Shown: positions 46,732-56,597 of the stretch, one piece after another
Layout of the letters: every line of letters begins with the position of its first letter
Position numbering within the stretch: the first letter of the stretch is position 1
Source of the DNA: Acetatifactor muris
GTDB taxonomy: Bacteria; Bacillota; Clostridia; Lachnospirales; Lachnospiraceae
Direction: 5' to 3'
Length of the DNA stretch: 64,000 nucleotides
Assembly: GCA_023664365.1 (NCBI GenBank)
Contig: JAMPFR010000011.1
Coordinates: 2,922-66,921, forward strand
Position numbers and translations under genes: made by a program
Notes under the pieces: model-generated
The model's database searches: none
Told to the model about the DNA's origin: nothing
Seen by the model: only the letters and a program-made list of their open reading frames with translations

Positions 46732-49020
46732 CTACACCTTGCCCTGGGTATAGGCAACCTCCGCTTCCAGGGTATCGGGAACCCCGACGCCGCTGTTGCG
46801 GAACTTTTGCCGCAGCATATTCAGATGGTGGAGCCGCTGGCCCTGCAGAACCTTCTGGCGGCTCATGATCTCCGTGTAAGTGGGATTCTGCTCCATGGAG
46901 GCGGCAAGCTCCGCAGGGAAAGGGCAGTAGGTCAGCAGGATCCGCCTTGCCACCTTGTTCAGCCGGGGAGAACCCGTACCTTCGAACAGTATCCACATAA
47001 TATAATCCCGTACAAACATTTCCTTGAAGCTGTTCTTTGCGCGCTGGAGGCTGTTGCGCAGCCGTTCCTTTGCCTCGGTGGAGAGCTCCTGATTCTTCCG
47101 GTAGAACTGTATATAGTCAAAATACTCGCTGGTGAGAGAACGCTCTGACACGTCGTTCCACCGACTGCTCTGAATCCGCTTGCACATTTCCCAGCGGAAC
47201 TCGCCGGTGAGCCTTACCATGGTGGTGCTGATGTCCTCCATATGGAAGATTGAGAAGAGCATTCTGCCGGGAGAATTTCGCTTTTTCCCTTCAATTTCCT
47301 GCCACATGACGCCGCGGATGCCCACGTTTGGCATAAGGATGACGTCGGGCAGAAATTCCACATGTATGGTTTCCTTTCCCATGATCTCCATATTGTCAAA
47401 GTCCATGCTTTCCCGGTAGAAAGCGGAGTAGTCGATGGCTTTGATTTTTTCCAGAGCCCTGTGAACCTGGGTGGTGGTGACAAAGGCGGATTTTAAATCC
47501 TTCATCACATTGTCCGCCGAGAAGAGAGGGCAGAAGGTGGTGACACGGCCGCAGGTCATCTTGTTGACCTGGGGGAACATATTCTGCATTTCAAAGTCAA
47601 CCTTGCTCATGGGATCCTTTTCCAGCTCCGTGAACTGGGCGGCGGTGATGTGGTGGCCTGCCTTCTGCTTGTGCAGATAGTCCGTATAATCCTCGTCAAA
47701 TTCATTCCGGCTGGGACTCTTTTCACCGTTCAGAATGGCCAGCAGCCAGTGATACAGGGTGTAGACGCCCAGAGAACTCTGATCCTCCATGCCGCAGGCA
47801 AGGGTGTAGAGGGTGGCGCAGTTTGCCGCTCCTGCAAGCTCCTCGTCCACATAGCCGAAGTACAGGAACATCTTCACCGGGACGGGAATGCGGGGGGCAT
47901 TTACGGCAGTCTTGAATACCTTGGAATAGAGGGCGTAAAATTCATCGGTAAGCTGCCTGCGGAGCCGGACGGCGAAATCCTCCATGGAGGTCTTGTCCTC
48001 CAGAGCACGGTAGGCTGCCACATGCTCCCGGAAGCTGCTGCTCTTTTCCGGGTCAAAGTCGGCAAAGCCCAGAATAATATCCAGGGAGCCGGTCAGCTCC
48101 TTCATAACCGCAGTGTCTGCACTGTCCTCTGAAGCCGTCTCCTGCCCGGAGGCGCTCTGGGGGGAGAGTCTGCTGCGGAAGGCGTCGATACGGGAGGATA
48201 CTTTCTGTTTGTTCAGGGCCGGGTCATTTTCAAACTGGCTGATGATTCTTTCAATATCGCCAAGCAGAGCGTCGGAGTCTTCGTTGTTCTGCCCCAGACG
48301 GCTGTACAGGGAGGTGAACATCTCAAATAAATCGTTCCCGGAGGGATTGAAATAATAGCCGGCGATGCTGGAACGGTAGTTCATCTGCTCCTCCAGCACG
48401 GTAAAGGTTCTTCTGAAGTCCAGGCTTCCCTTGCGCAGCATCCCTAAGGACACGCCGGGCTCCAGCATGAAGCTTTTGGAATCCGCCCCCGTGACGGAGT
48501 AGATGTGCTGCAGGCCCAGATAATAGGAGTTCAGCCACATATCTGCGGAGTCTCCCCCCAGATAGGCGGATATTTCCGCAAGCCCCTCCTGGATCTGGGG
48601 CTGGATATGGTAACGGCTGCAGAGCGAGTTATATTTTGCGTAATCCCCCATCAGGTTCTGGTGGAGACTGGTACAGCTCATTTCCGAACTGTAGCTCAGC
48701 TCCAGAAGCATGTTGTTCTGATGGAAGAGAGAGAGCAGAAACAGCCTTGCCACGTCTGGGTGCTTCTGCAGAAGCTCGTCCAGAGCCTCCATACCGTTGA
48801 AACGGTAAGTCAGGATGGTGACCTCCTCCAGAGCGGTATAGCCCAGGAAGTGAACCTCCGAGCAAAGCTCGCAGACGCCGATCACCTCTCCCTTTCCCAG
48901 CTGATAGGTGCCGCCGGGATAGTCCACAAGAACTTTTCCCTTTGTTATCAGGTGAAATGCGGTCATAGGCTGACCGCTGTCATAGATGCGTTTTCCTTTC
49001 TCTAATGTAATTCCTGCCAT
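46732..49020 (-). CDS. Large protein (762 aa) with an N-terminal cyclic-nucleotide-binding-like domain; the remainder is uncharacterised
   Basis: The first 110 aa or so show a CAP-effector beta-roll pattern (IYDSGQPMTAFHLITKGKVLVDYPGGTYQLGKGEVIGVCEL). The following 650 aa or so have no motif I recognise. Confidence 0.8.
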   Translation of the reverse strand: MAGITLEKGKRIYDSGQPMTAFHLITKGKVLVDYPGGTYQLGKGEVIGVCELCSEVHFLGYTALEEVTILTYRFNGMEALDELLQKHPDVARLFLLSLFHQNNMLLELSYSSEMSCTSLHQNLMGDYAKYNSLCSRYHIQPQIQEGLAEISAYLGGDSADMWLNSYYLGLQHIYSVTGADSKSFMLEPGVSLGMLRKGSLDFRRTFTVLEEQMNYRSSIAGYYFNPSGNDLFEMFTSLYSRLGQNNEDSDALLGDIERIISQFENDPALNKQKVSSRIDAFRSRLSPQSASGQETASEDSADTAVMKELTGSLDIILGFADFDPEKSSSFREHVAAYRALEDKTSMEDFAVRLRRQLTDEFYALYSKVFKTAVNAPRIPVPVKMFLYFGYVDEELAGAANCATLYTLACGMEDQSSLGVYTLYHWLLAILNGEKSPSRNEFDEDYTDYLHKQKAGHHITAAQFTELEKDPMSKVDFEMQNMFPQVNKMTCGRVTTFCPLFSADNVMKDLKSAFVTTTQVHRALEKIKAIDYSAFYRESMDFDNMEIMGKETIHVEFLPDVILMPNVGIRGVMWQEIEGKKRNSPGRMLFSIFHMEDISTTMVRLTGEFRWEMCKRIQSSRWNDVSERSLTSEYFDYIQFYRKNQELSTEAKERLRNSLQRAKNSFKEMFVRDYIMWILFEGTGSPRLNKVARRILLTYCPFPAELAASMEQNPTYTEIMSRQKVLQGQRLHHLNMLRQKFRNSGVGVPDTLEAEVAYTQGKV

Positions 49021-49195
49021 AATTATCAGTCCTTCTTTTAGTTAAATAATCAGATAAATACAGTATACACCCAACCCGCCCTATAAGTCCATGTAATTTT
49101 GTGCTGTACTTTTAATAAAAATATGCTAAAATAAAAATACATATGTGTCACTTTTTGTTTTGAGACAGGAAAATACGGGGAGAGGAAGCGTTGGC

Positions 49196-49669
49196 ATGGA
49201 GCAGGATACAGAGTACAGGCAGCAGCAGTTGAACGAATACAAGCAGGAGGTACTGCCTCTTCTGCGGTATATTTCCTGGTTTGAAAATAATGCGGGGCAG
49301 CCGGGCAGCACCTTTTACCAGGGGCCGGAGGCCACGGAGCATTCCATGAGTATCCCTGTGTATGACGCAACGCTGCTGAATTTTGTCAGAGAGGCGTCAA
49401 AGTCCTCGCTGATGGACAGAAATTACTGCTACACCTATACCAGAGGAAGGATCAAGACCCATGACGACGAGCGAAGGGTCATTGCCCGGGCGGAGCTGAA
49501 GGACTGGGACGTTCTGCGGGGCATCCTCTCCAAATATGTGATGGGCGGTATGACGAAGAGTACACTGTGGGCCCAGGGAGTGCAGGAAAATATTTTTTTG
49601 CTGGTACTGAAGAAAATGCAGGAAATTATCGAGTATTGGGATCGGCCTCTGGATATACGGCAGATTTAA
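49196..49669 (+). CDS. Hypothetical protein (157 aa)
   Basis: RBS GGAGAGGAAG. No recognised motif. Divergent from the 762-aa gene. Confidence 0.6.
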   Translation: MEQDTEYRQQQLNEYKQEVLPLLRYISWFENNAGQPGSTFYQGPEATEHSMSIPVYDATLLNFVREASKSSLMDRNYCYTYTRGRIKTHDDERRVIARAELKDWDVLRGILSKYVMGGMTKSTLWAQGVQENIFLLVLKKMQEIIEYWDRPLDIRQI

Positions 49670-49705
49670 GCAGGATACGGAAAATACGCAGGAATGAGGA
49701 GAGAA

Positions 49706-50296
49706 ATGGGAGAGAAATCGATACAGAAGAAGAAGTATATCTTAGAGACGGCAAGACAGGTCTTTGTGGAAAAAGGTTTTAAAAAGGTTACCATGAAGGA
49801 TATTGTGGAAGCCTGCAATATCAGCCGGGGGGGCCTGTACCTGTATTTTGAAAGCACCAGCCAGATTTTTCAGGAAGTGATGAAACTTGAGAGCGAGGAG
49901 ACGGACGACGTCTTTTCCGACAATATAACCGAGGACGCTACGGCTGCGGATATTCTGATGCTTTTTCTGCAGGAGCAGAAGAAGGAACTGCTGCGGAAGA
50001 AGAATACCCTGACCCAGGCAATCTATGAGTATTATTTTGAAAATCAGCCCAATAAGAAAAATAATATTCTGAAAAAGCAGTTTGATTCGGCGGTGAAAAT
50101 TATCGAGAAGCTGATTGAGATCGGCGTGGACAACGGAGAATTTTACTGTGAGGACTGTAAGGGGACGGCCAGGAATATTATGTTTGTTCTGGAGGGCTTA
50201 AAGATTTCCGCCCAGACCATCGGTATTACGGCCGACACGGTGGACAGGGAAATTGTGTTTATTCTGAAGTTTTTGGGGCTTGAAGCGGAAGCGTAA
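49706..50296 (+). CDS. TetR/AcrR-family transcriptional regulator
   Basis: N-terminal HTH ILETARQVFVEKGFKKVTMKDIVEACNISRGGLYLYF. Confidence 0.85.
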   Translation: MGEKSIQKKKYILETARQVFVEKGFKKVTMKDIVEACNISRGGLYLYFESTSQIFQEVMKLESEETDDVFSDNITEDATAADILMLFLQEQKKELLRKKNTLTQAIYEYYFENQPNKKNNILKKQFDSAVKIIEKLIEIGVDNGEFYCEDCKGTARNIMFVLEGLKISAQTIGITADTVDREIVFILKFLGLEAEA

Positions 50297-50307
50297 GGAG
50301 GAAGCAA

Positions 50308-53300
50308 ATGGGAAATGTCAGGCGCATCTATGTGGAAAAGAAGGAGCCCTTCGCCGTGAAGGCAAAAGCGCTGCATGAGGAAATCAGAAATTATCTGGGA
50401 ATTCAGGCGGATGACGTCAGGGTGCTGATTCGGTATGACGTGGAGAATGTGTCGGAGGATGTGTTTGAAACAGCCTGCAGGACCGTTTTTTCAGAGCCGC
50501 CGGTGGATTACCTGTACCGTGAAAGCATAGAGCTTCCGGCAGGCGCAAGGATGTTTTCCGTGGAGTTCCTGCCGGGCCAGTTTGACCAGAGGGCGGATTC
50601 GGCGGTGCAGTGCGTCCGCTTTTTAAAGGAGGACGAGGAGCCTGTTATCCGCACCGCCGTGACATACATAATCCGGGGGGATATTTCTGAGGAGCAGTTT
50701 GCGAAAATCAAGGCCTATTGTATCAATCCCGTGGATTCCAGGGAGACGGGGAGCTGTAAGCCGGACACGCTGATTACCGTATTTGAGGAGCCGGCGGATG
50801 TGGCTGTCCTGGAAAACATGCCGGAGCGGGAAGACTTTGTGGACATGCCGGGGGTGGAGCTGAAGGAGCTGTATGATTCTCTGGGGCTGGCTATGACCTT
50901 TAAGGATTTTCGGCATATTCAGAAGTATTTTGCGGAGGATGAGAAGCGGAATCCTACCATGACGGAAATCAGGGTGCTGGACACCTACTGGTCCGACCAC
51001 TGCCGCCATACCACGTTTTCCACGGAGCTGACGGAGGTGGAGTTCGGCCAAGGCTATTACCGAACCCCTATTGAGACTACTTATCGGAGCTATCTGGACA
51101 CAAGAGAAGAAATCTTTGCAGGCAGGAAGGACAAATTTGTCTGCCTGATGGATCTGGCGCTGATGGCTATGCGAAAGCTGAAAAAGGCCGGTAGGCTGGA
51201 GGATATGGAGGAGTCGGACGAGATTAACGCCTGCTCCGTTGTGGTGCCTGTGGAAATGGACTACGGGGACAGGAAGGAGACGGAGGAATGGCTGGTATTC
51301 TTTAAAAACGAGACCCACAACCACCCCACGGAGATAGAACCCTTCGGCGGCGCGGCCACCTGTCTGGGGGGCGCCATCCGGGATCCGCTGTCCGGCAGAG
51401 GATATGTGTACCAGGCCATGCGGGTCACGGGCGCAGCGGATCCTACGGTTCCCGTGGCGGATACCCTCAAGGGAAAGCTGTCCCAGAAAAAGCTGGTGCG
51501 GGGAGCGGCGGACGGTTATTCCTCCTATGGAAACCAGATCGGCCTTGCCACCGGCCTTGTAAAGGAGATTTACCATCCCGACTATGTGGCGAAGCGCATG
51601 GAGATTGGCGCGGTTATGGGCGCTGCGCCCAGGCGCAATGTGATTCGGGAGTCCTCCGACCCGGGAGATATTATTATCCTTCTGGGAGGACGCACCGGGC
51701 GGGACGGCTGCGGCGGGGCCACAGGCTCCTCCAAGGTGCATACGGAGCAGTCCATTGAGACCTGCGGCGCGGAGGTACAGAAGGGCAACGCACCTACGGA
51801 GCGCAAGATACAGAGGCTGTTCCGCAGAGAGGAAGTGAGCCGCCTCATCAAAAAGTGTAACGATTTCGGGGCGGGAGGCGTGTCCGTGGCTATCGGCGAG
51901 CTGGCCGACGGCCTGACCGTGGATCTGGATAAGGTGCCTAAGAAATACGCGGGCCTGGACGGCACGGAGCTGGCAATCTCCGAATCCCAGGAGCGGATGG
52001 CAGTGGTGGTTGACCCGGAGGACGTGGACAAATTTTTAAGCTATGCGGCGGAGGAGAATCTGGAGGCCGTGGCGGTGGCTGTGGTTACAGAGGAGCCCAG
52101 GCTGGTGCTGAACTGGAGAGGGAAAAAGATTGTTGATTTAAAGCGTTCCTTCCTGGATACCAACGGCGCCCATCAGGAGACGGCCGTAAAGGTGGATATC
52201 CCCGACGAGAAGGACAATTATTTCAGGAAGCCCGCCATACCCGGGGTGCGGGAGAAGCTGGAGGCTGGGGATGTAAAGGGGGCGTGGCTGGCCCTGTTAA
52301 ACGATTTGAACGTATGCTCCCAGAAGGGGCTTGTGGAGATGTTTGACGCTTCCATCGGCGCAGGCAGCGTGCTGATGCCCTATGGCGGAAAGCATCAGCT
52401 GACGGAGACCCAGACCATGGTTGCAAAGCTGCCCGTGCTGAAAGGAAAGACGGATACCGTCACCATGATGAGCTTTGGCTTTGACCCGTATCTTTCCTCC
52501 TGGAGCCCTTACCATGGCGCGATTTATGCCGTGGTGGAGTCCATGGCAAAGATCGTGGCCTCCGGCGGAGACTTTACAAAGATCCGCTTTACCTTCCAGG
52601 AGTATTTCCGCAGGATGACGGAGGAACCCGGGCGTTGGAGTCAGCCCTTTGCCGCTCTGCTGGGGGCCTATGACGCCCAGCTTGGCTTCGGCCTGCCCTC
52701 CATCGGCGGCAAGGACAGCATGTCCGGCACCTTTAACGATATTGACGTGCCGCCCACCCTGGTATCCTTTGCAGTGGACATTGCAAAGAGCGGCGATATT
52801 GTGACGCCGGAGCTGAAGAGAGCGGGAAACAAGCTGGTGCGCTTTGAAATCGAGGCGGATGAATACGATATTCCCAAATATGACAGGGTGGCAAAGCTTT
52901 ATGCCTACATCCGGCAGCTGATGCAGGAGAAAAAGATTCTTTCGGCCTATGCCCCGGATGCAAGGGGAATTGCAGCGGCTGTGGCGAAGATGGCCTTCGG
53001 AAATAAGCTGGGCGTGGAGATAGACGGCGGTGTGCAGGCAGCCGAACTCTTTGAAAGCCGGGCGCTGGGAGACATTCTGGCGGAGGTTCCGGCGGAGGAA
53101 GTGCCCGGCCTCATGGATGCAGGATTCGACTGTAAGGTATACGGCAGCGTGACGGAAGAACCCGTTTTTGTATACGGAGACGTGAGAATTACCATGGAAG
53201 AAGCGCTGGACGCCTGGACTGCAAGGCTGGAGAAGGTGTTTGCCACAAAGGCGGTCAGGGATACCCGGGCGGTGGACAGCCCTCTGTATGAGGCGGCTCC

Positions 53301-54132
53301 CGGCAGCGTCTATGTGTGCAGGAACAAGGTGGCAAAGCCCACTGTGTTTATCCCGGTATTCCCGGGAACCAACTGCGAGTATGACAGCACAAAGGCCTTT
53401 GAGCGGGCGGGGGCCGATGTGGTGACGAAGGTATTCAGGAACTTAAGCGCTTCCGACATACGGGAGTCTGTGGATGAATTTGAAAAAGCCATAGCGCAGG
53501 CCCAGATTATCATGTTCCCGGGCGGCTTTTCGGCGGGCGACGAGCCTGACGGCAGCGCCAAATTCTTTGCCACTGCATTCCGGAACGAAAAGATAAAGGA
53601 AGCGGTGATGAAGCTTCTGAATGAGCGGGACGGCCTGGCTCTGGGCATCTGTAACGGTTTCCAGGCGCTGATTAAGCTGGGACTGGTTCCCTGGGGTGAA
53701 ATACGGGGGCAGGGAGAGTTTTCTCCCACCCTGACATTCAACACCATAGGCCGCCACATTTCCAAGATGGTATACACAAGAGTGGTGTCCAATAAATCTC
53801 CCTGGATGCAGAAGGCGGAGCCGGGTGCAACCTACTGTAATCCCGCGTCTCACGGGGAAGGACGCTTTGTGGCAGACAGGGAATGGCTGGACAGACTGTT
53901 TGCAAACGGCCAGGTGGCTACCCAGTACGCGGATCCGGAGGGCAGGGTTTCCATGGACGAGGAGTACAATGTGAACGGTTCCTACTGCGCCATTGAAGGC
54001 ATTACGTCTCCCGACGGGCGTGTGTTGGGCAAGATGGCCCATTCCGAGCGCCGGGGTGAGGCCGTGGCCGTGAATATTTACGGGCAGCAGGATATGGGCA
54101 TCTTTGAAGCAGGTGTGGCTTATTTTAAATAA
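50308..54132 (+). CDS. purL: Phosphoribosylformylglycinamidine synthase, large single-chain form
   Basis: 1274 aa. Contains duplicated AIR-synthase-like domains and a C-terminal glutaminase with the GICNGFQAL nucleophile motif. Confidence 0.92.
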   Translation: MGNVRRIYVEKKEPFAVKAKALHEEIRNYLGIQADDVRVLIRYDVENVSEDVFETACRTVFSEPPVDYLYRESIELPAGARMFSVEFLPGQFDQRADSAVQCVRFLKEDEEPVIRTAVTYIIRGDISEEQFAKIKAYCINPVDSRETGSCKPDTLITVFEEPADVAVLENMPEREDFVDMPGVELKELYDSLGLAMTFKDFRHIQKYFAEDEKRNPTMTEIRVLDTYWSDHCRHTTFSTELTEVEFGQGYYRTPIETTYRSYLDTREEIFAGRKDKFVCLMDLALMAMRKLKKAGRLEDMEESDEINACSVVVPVEMDYGDRKETEEWLVFFKNETHNHPTEIEPFGGAATCLGGAIRDPLSGRGYVYQAMRVTGAADPTVPVADTLKGKLSQKKLVRGAADGYSSYGNQIGLATGLVKEIYHPDYVAKRMEIGAVMGAAPRRNVIRESSDPGDIIILLGGRTGRDGCGGATGSSKVHTEQSIETCGAEVQKGNAPTERKIQRLFRREEVSRLIKKCNDFGAGGVSVAIGELADGLTVDLDKVPKKYAGLDGTELAISESQERMAVVVDPEDVDKFLSYAAEENLEAVAVAVVTEEPRLVLNWRGKKIVDLKRSFLDTNGAHQETAVKVDIPDEKDNYFRKPAIPGVREKLEAGDVKGAWLALLNDLNVCSQKGLVEMFDASIGAGSVLMPYGGKHQLTETQTMVAKLPVLKGKTDTVTMMSFGFDPYLSSWSPYHGAIYAVVESMAKIVASGGDFTKIRFTFQEYFRRMTEEPGRWSQPFAALLGAYDAQLGFGLPSIGGKDSMSGTFNDIDVPPTLVSFAVDIAKSGDIVTPELKRAGNKLVRFEIEADEYDIPKYDRVAKLYAYIRQLMQEKKILSAYAPDARGIAAAVAKMAFGNKLGVEIDGGVQAAELFESRALGDILAEVPAEEVPGLMDAGFDCKVYGSVTEEPVFVYGDVRITMEEALDAWTARLEKVFATKAVRDTRAVDSPLYEAAPGSVYVCRNKVAKPTVFIPVFPGTNCEYDSTKAFERAGADVVTKVFRNLSASDIRESVDEFEKAIAQAQIIMFPGGFSAGDEPDGSAKFFATAFRNEKIKEAVMKLLNERDGLALGICNGFQALIKLGLVPWGEIRGQGEFSPTLTFNTIGRHISKMVYTRVVSNKSPWMQKAEPGATYCNPASHGEGRFVADREWLDRLFANGQVATQYADPEGRVSMDEEYNVNGSYCAIEGITSPDGRVLGKMAHSERRGEAVAVNIYGQQDMGIFEAGVAYFK

Positions 54133-54196
54133 CATGCGTAACAATAACGCGCGTGACTATAAAGAAAGGGCGGCAGTGCCGCGCAGGGTGAAAAAT

Positions 54197-55414
54197 ATGT
54201 TAATGGCTTTGGTGCCGCTTTTTGATGAGAATATGGCAGTGAGGGCATACTCCATTTTCTCACAGAAAGACAATTATTTCCTGAATCCCCTGATGCTGGG
54301 GACAGGACAGAACGACGGGGCAGCGGTGGTAGAAGGGCTGGAGCTTATCGAGAGCATGGGGATTGAGACCGTGTCCGAGGACAAGGAGATATTCGTGCCG
54401 GTGAGTAATATTTCCATTTTCTCTGATGTGGAGAGCCAGTGCAGCGCACCCCACTACAGGATTGTGTTCCTGATTGACAACACCATACCGCCGGTGGAGG
54501 CGTATATTAACCGTCTGCGTGAGCTGAAGGAAAAGGGTTACAAGCTGGCGGTGCGCAAGCTGGCAGTGTCTGATTTCGGAAATTACGCCGAGATCATGAA
54601 GCTGACGGATTATGTCTTCTTGAACAACAAAAAGATTGCCATTGAGAAGGCAAGGCTCTATTTCGGAAAGCTGTATCCCCACATTAAGCTCTGCGCCGGA
54701 GGTATCGATACCATGGAGACCTTTGAGGCGCTGAAGGAGACAGGAGGATATCAGCTGTATGAGGGAGAGTTTTACCGGGTGCCGGTGACGAAAGGCGAGC
54801 ATGTGGTGGCTCCGCTGAAGGTGAACTATATCGAGTTGCTGAATGTTGTAAATGATGATGACTTTGACCTTTTGCAGGCGGCCAATGTCATTGGACGGGA
54901 TACGGCGCTGACTATTTCACTGCTGCAGATGGTGAACCGGATGACGGTGAATTCCGGCATTACCACTATACGTCATGCGGCGGCCATGCTGGGCCAGCGG
55001 GAGCTGAAGAAATGGATCAACACGGCGGTGGCAAACGAGCTGTATGCGGATAAGCCCAGCGAAATCACCAGACTGTCCCTGCTGCGGGCAAAATTTGCGG
55101 AAGGGCTGGCTGACGCTTTCGGAATGAAGGAAAAGTCAGAGGAGCTGTTCCTGCTGGGCCTGTTCTCCGTACTGGACGTGGTATTGGAGAAGACCATGGA
55201 GGAAGCGCTGCAGATGGTTATGGTGGCGGGAGACATCCGGGACGCCCTGACTTCAGGCAAGGGCCCTTATGCCGCCCTGTATGATTTTATGAAAGAATAT
55301 GAGATGGCGGATTGGCAGGAGGTGTCCAGAAAGCTTCTGCTGGGAGACGTCAATGTGGAGGAAGTGCATGGCGCCTATGTGAATGCACTGAAGTGGTATA
55401 AACAACTGGTGTAA
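54197..55414 (+). CDS. Degenerate EAL-like domain plus HDOD domain protein (YuxH-like architecture)
   Basis: The N-terminus reads VPLFDENMAVRAYSIFSQ where active EAL proteins have ...YE(L/A)LxR. The C-terminal HDOD-like block reads ISLLQMVN...TIRHAAAMLGQRELKKW. Confidence 0.65.
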   Translation: MLMALVPLFDENMAVRAYSIFSQKDNYFLNPLMLGTGQNDGAAVVEGLELIESMGIETVSEDKEIFVPVSNISIFSDVESQCSAPHYRIVFLIDNTIPPVEAYINRLRELKEKGYKLAVRKLAVSDFGNYAEIMKLTDYVFLNNKKIAIEKARLYFGKLYPHIKLCAGGIDTMETFEALKETGGYQLYEGEFYRVPVTKGEHVVAPLKVNYIELLNVVNDDDFDLLQAANVIGRDTALTISLLQMVNRMTVNSGITTIRHAAAMLGQRELKKWINTAVANELYADKPSEITRLSLLRAKFAEGLADAFGMKEKSEELFLLGLFSVLDVVLEKTMEEALQMVMVAGDIRDALTSGKGPYAALYDFMKEYEMADWQEVSRKLLLGDVNVEEVHGAYVNALKWYKQLV

Positions 55415-55420
55415 CATGTA

Positions 55421-55454
55421 AAGGTCGGCTTTTTGTTGCCGGCCTTATTTTTTT
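55421..55454 (+). terminator. Rho-independent terminator upstream of carA
   Basis: AAGGTCGGC-tttttgtt-GCCGGCCTT (one G-U pair) then ATTTTTTT. Confidence 0.7.
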
Positions 55455-55490
55455 GTGATATGATAACCGAGGTAATGTGAGGAGGACAGG

Positions 55491-56597
55491 ATGAAGGCTT
55501 TTTTGATTTTGGAGGACGGCGCCGTGTTTGAAGGAACGCACATCGGCGCCGATAAAGAGATTATCAGTGAAATCGTATTTAATACATCCATGGCGGGATA
55601 CCTTGAGGTGCTGACGGATCCTTCCTATGCGGGACAGGCGGTGTGCATGACCTATCCTCTCATTGGCAATTACGGTATCTGCCGGGAGGATATGGAGTCC
55701 TTACAGGCCTGGCCGGATGCGCTCCTTGTGCGGGAGCTTTCCCGCATCCCCAGTAATTTCCGAAGCGATTGCACGATTCAGCAGTTTCTGGAGGAGAATG
55801 GCGTGCCCGGCATCGCCGGTATCGATACCAGAGCGCTGACGAAGCTTCTGCGGGAAAAGGGCACTATGAACGGCATGATTACCACCAATGCAGAGTATGA
55901 TTTTGCCCGGATACAGCCCATGCTGAAGGCATACACCACAGGTAAGGTGGTGGAGAGAGTTACCTGCCGGGAGAAATATGTGGTGAAGCCCGCTTTGGTG
56001 AAGGAACTGAACGGTGCAGGCTTACGGGTTGCGCTTCTGGATTTCGGCGCCAAAAAGAACATTGCTCATTCCCTGGCGGAGCGTGGGTGCGAGGTGACGG
56101 TGTTTCCGGCGGCTACGCCTGCGGAGGAGGTTCTGGCCATGAAGCCTGACGGCATTATGCTCAGCAACGGCCCGGGAGACCCAAAAGAATGCACTTCCAT
56201 TATAGAAGAAATTAAAAAGCTTTACGCGTCGGATATTCCCATTTTTGCCATTTGCCTGGGGCATCAGCTGATGGCGCTTGCCAACGGCTGCGACACCCAC
56301 AGATTGAAATACGGTCACAGAGGAGGCAATCATCCCGTGAAGGATCTGGCTACGGGCAGGGTCTATATTTCCTCCCAGAACCATGGGTATGTAGTGGATA
56401 CGGACAAGCTGGATCCGAAGGTTGCGGTGCCGGCCTTTGTCAATGTAAACGATGGCACCAACGAGGGACTTACATACACCGGAAAGAATATTTTTACGGT
56501 GCAGTATCACCCGGAGGCCTGCCCCGGCCCCCAGGATTCCCGTTACCTGTTTGACAGGTTTATTCGGATGATGAAAGGAGAGAACTGCAATGCCTAA
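55491..56597 (+). CDS. carA: Carbamoyl-phosphate synthase small (glutaminase) subunit
   Basis: Catalytic Cys in FAICLGHQLMALA. Typical CarA N-terminal domain. Confidence 0.93.
   Translation: MKAFLILEDGAVFEGTHIGADKEIISEIVFNTSMAGYLEVLTDPSYAGQAVCMTYPLIGNYGICREDMESLQAWPDALLVRELSRIPSNFRSDCTIQQFLEENGVPGIAGIDTRALTKLLREKGTMNGMITTNAEYDFARIQPMLKAYTTGKVVERVTCREKYVVKPALVKELNGAGLRVALLDFGAKKNIAHSLAERGCEVTVFPAATPAEEVLAMKPDGIMLSNGPGDPKECTSIIEEIKKLYASDIPIFAICLGHQLMALANGCDTHRLKYGHRGGNHPVKDLATGRVYISSQNHGYVVDTDKLDPKVAVPAFVNVNDGTNEGLTYTGKNIFTVQYHPEACPGPQDSRYLFDRFIRMMKGENCNA

Noticed and set aside
48525-48540. AGTTCAGCCA 10-mer in the 762-aa gene, and CCTGAACTGTT near 26700 in the amylase gene, as further copies of the palindromic element
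   Set aside because: Only one short arm fragment matches in each case, there is no partner arm, and both lie inside well-supported coding sequence. They are most likely chance matches.
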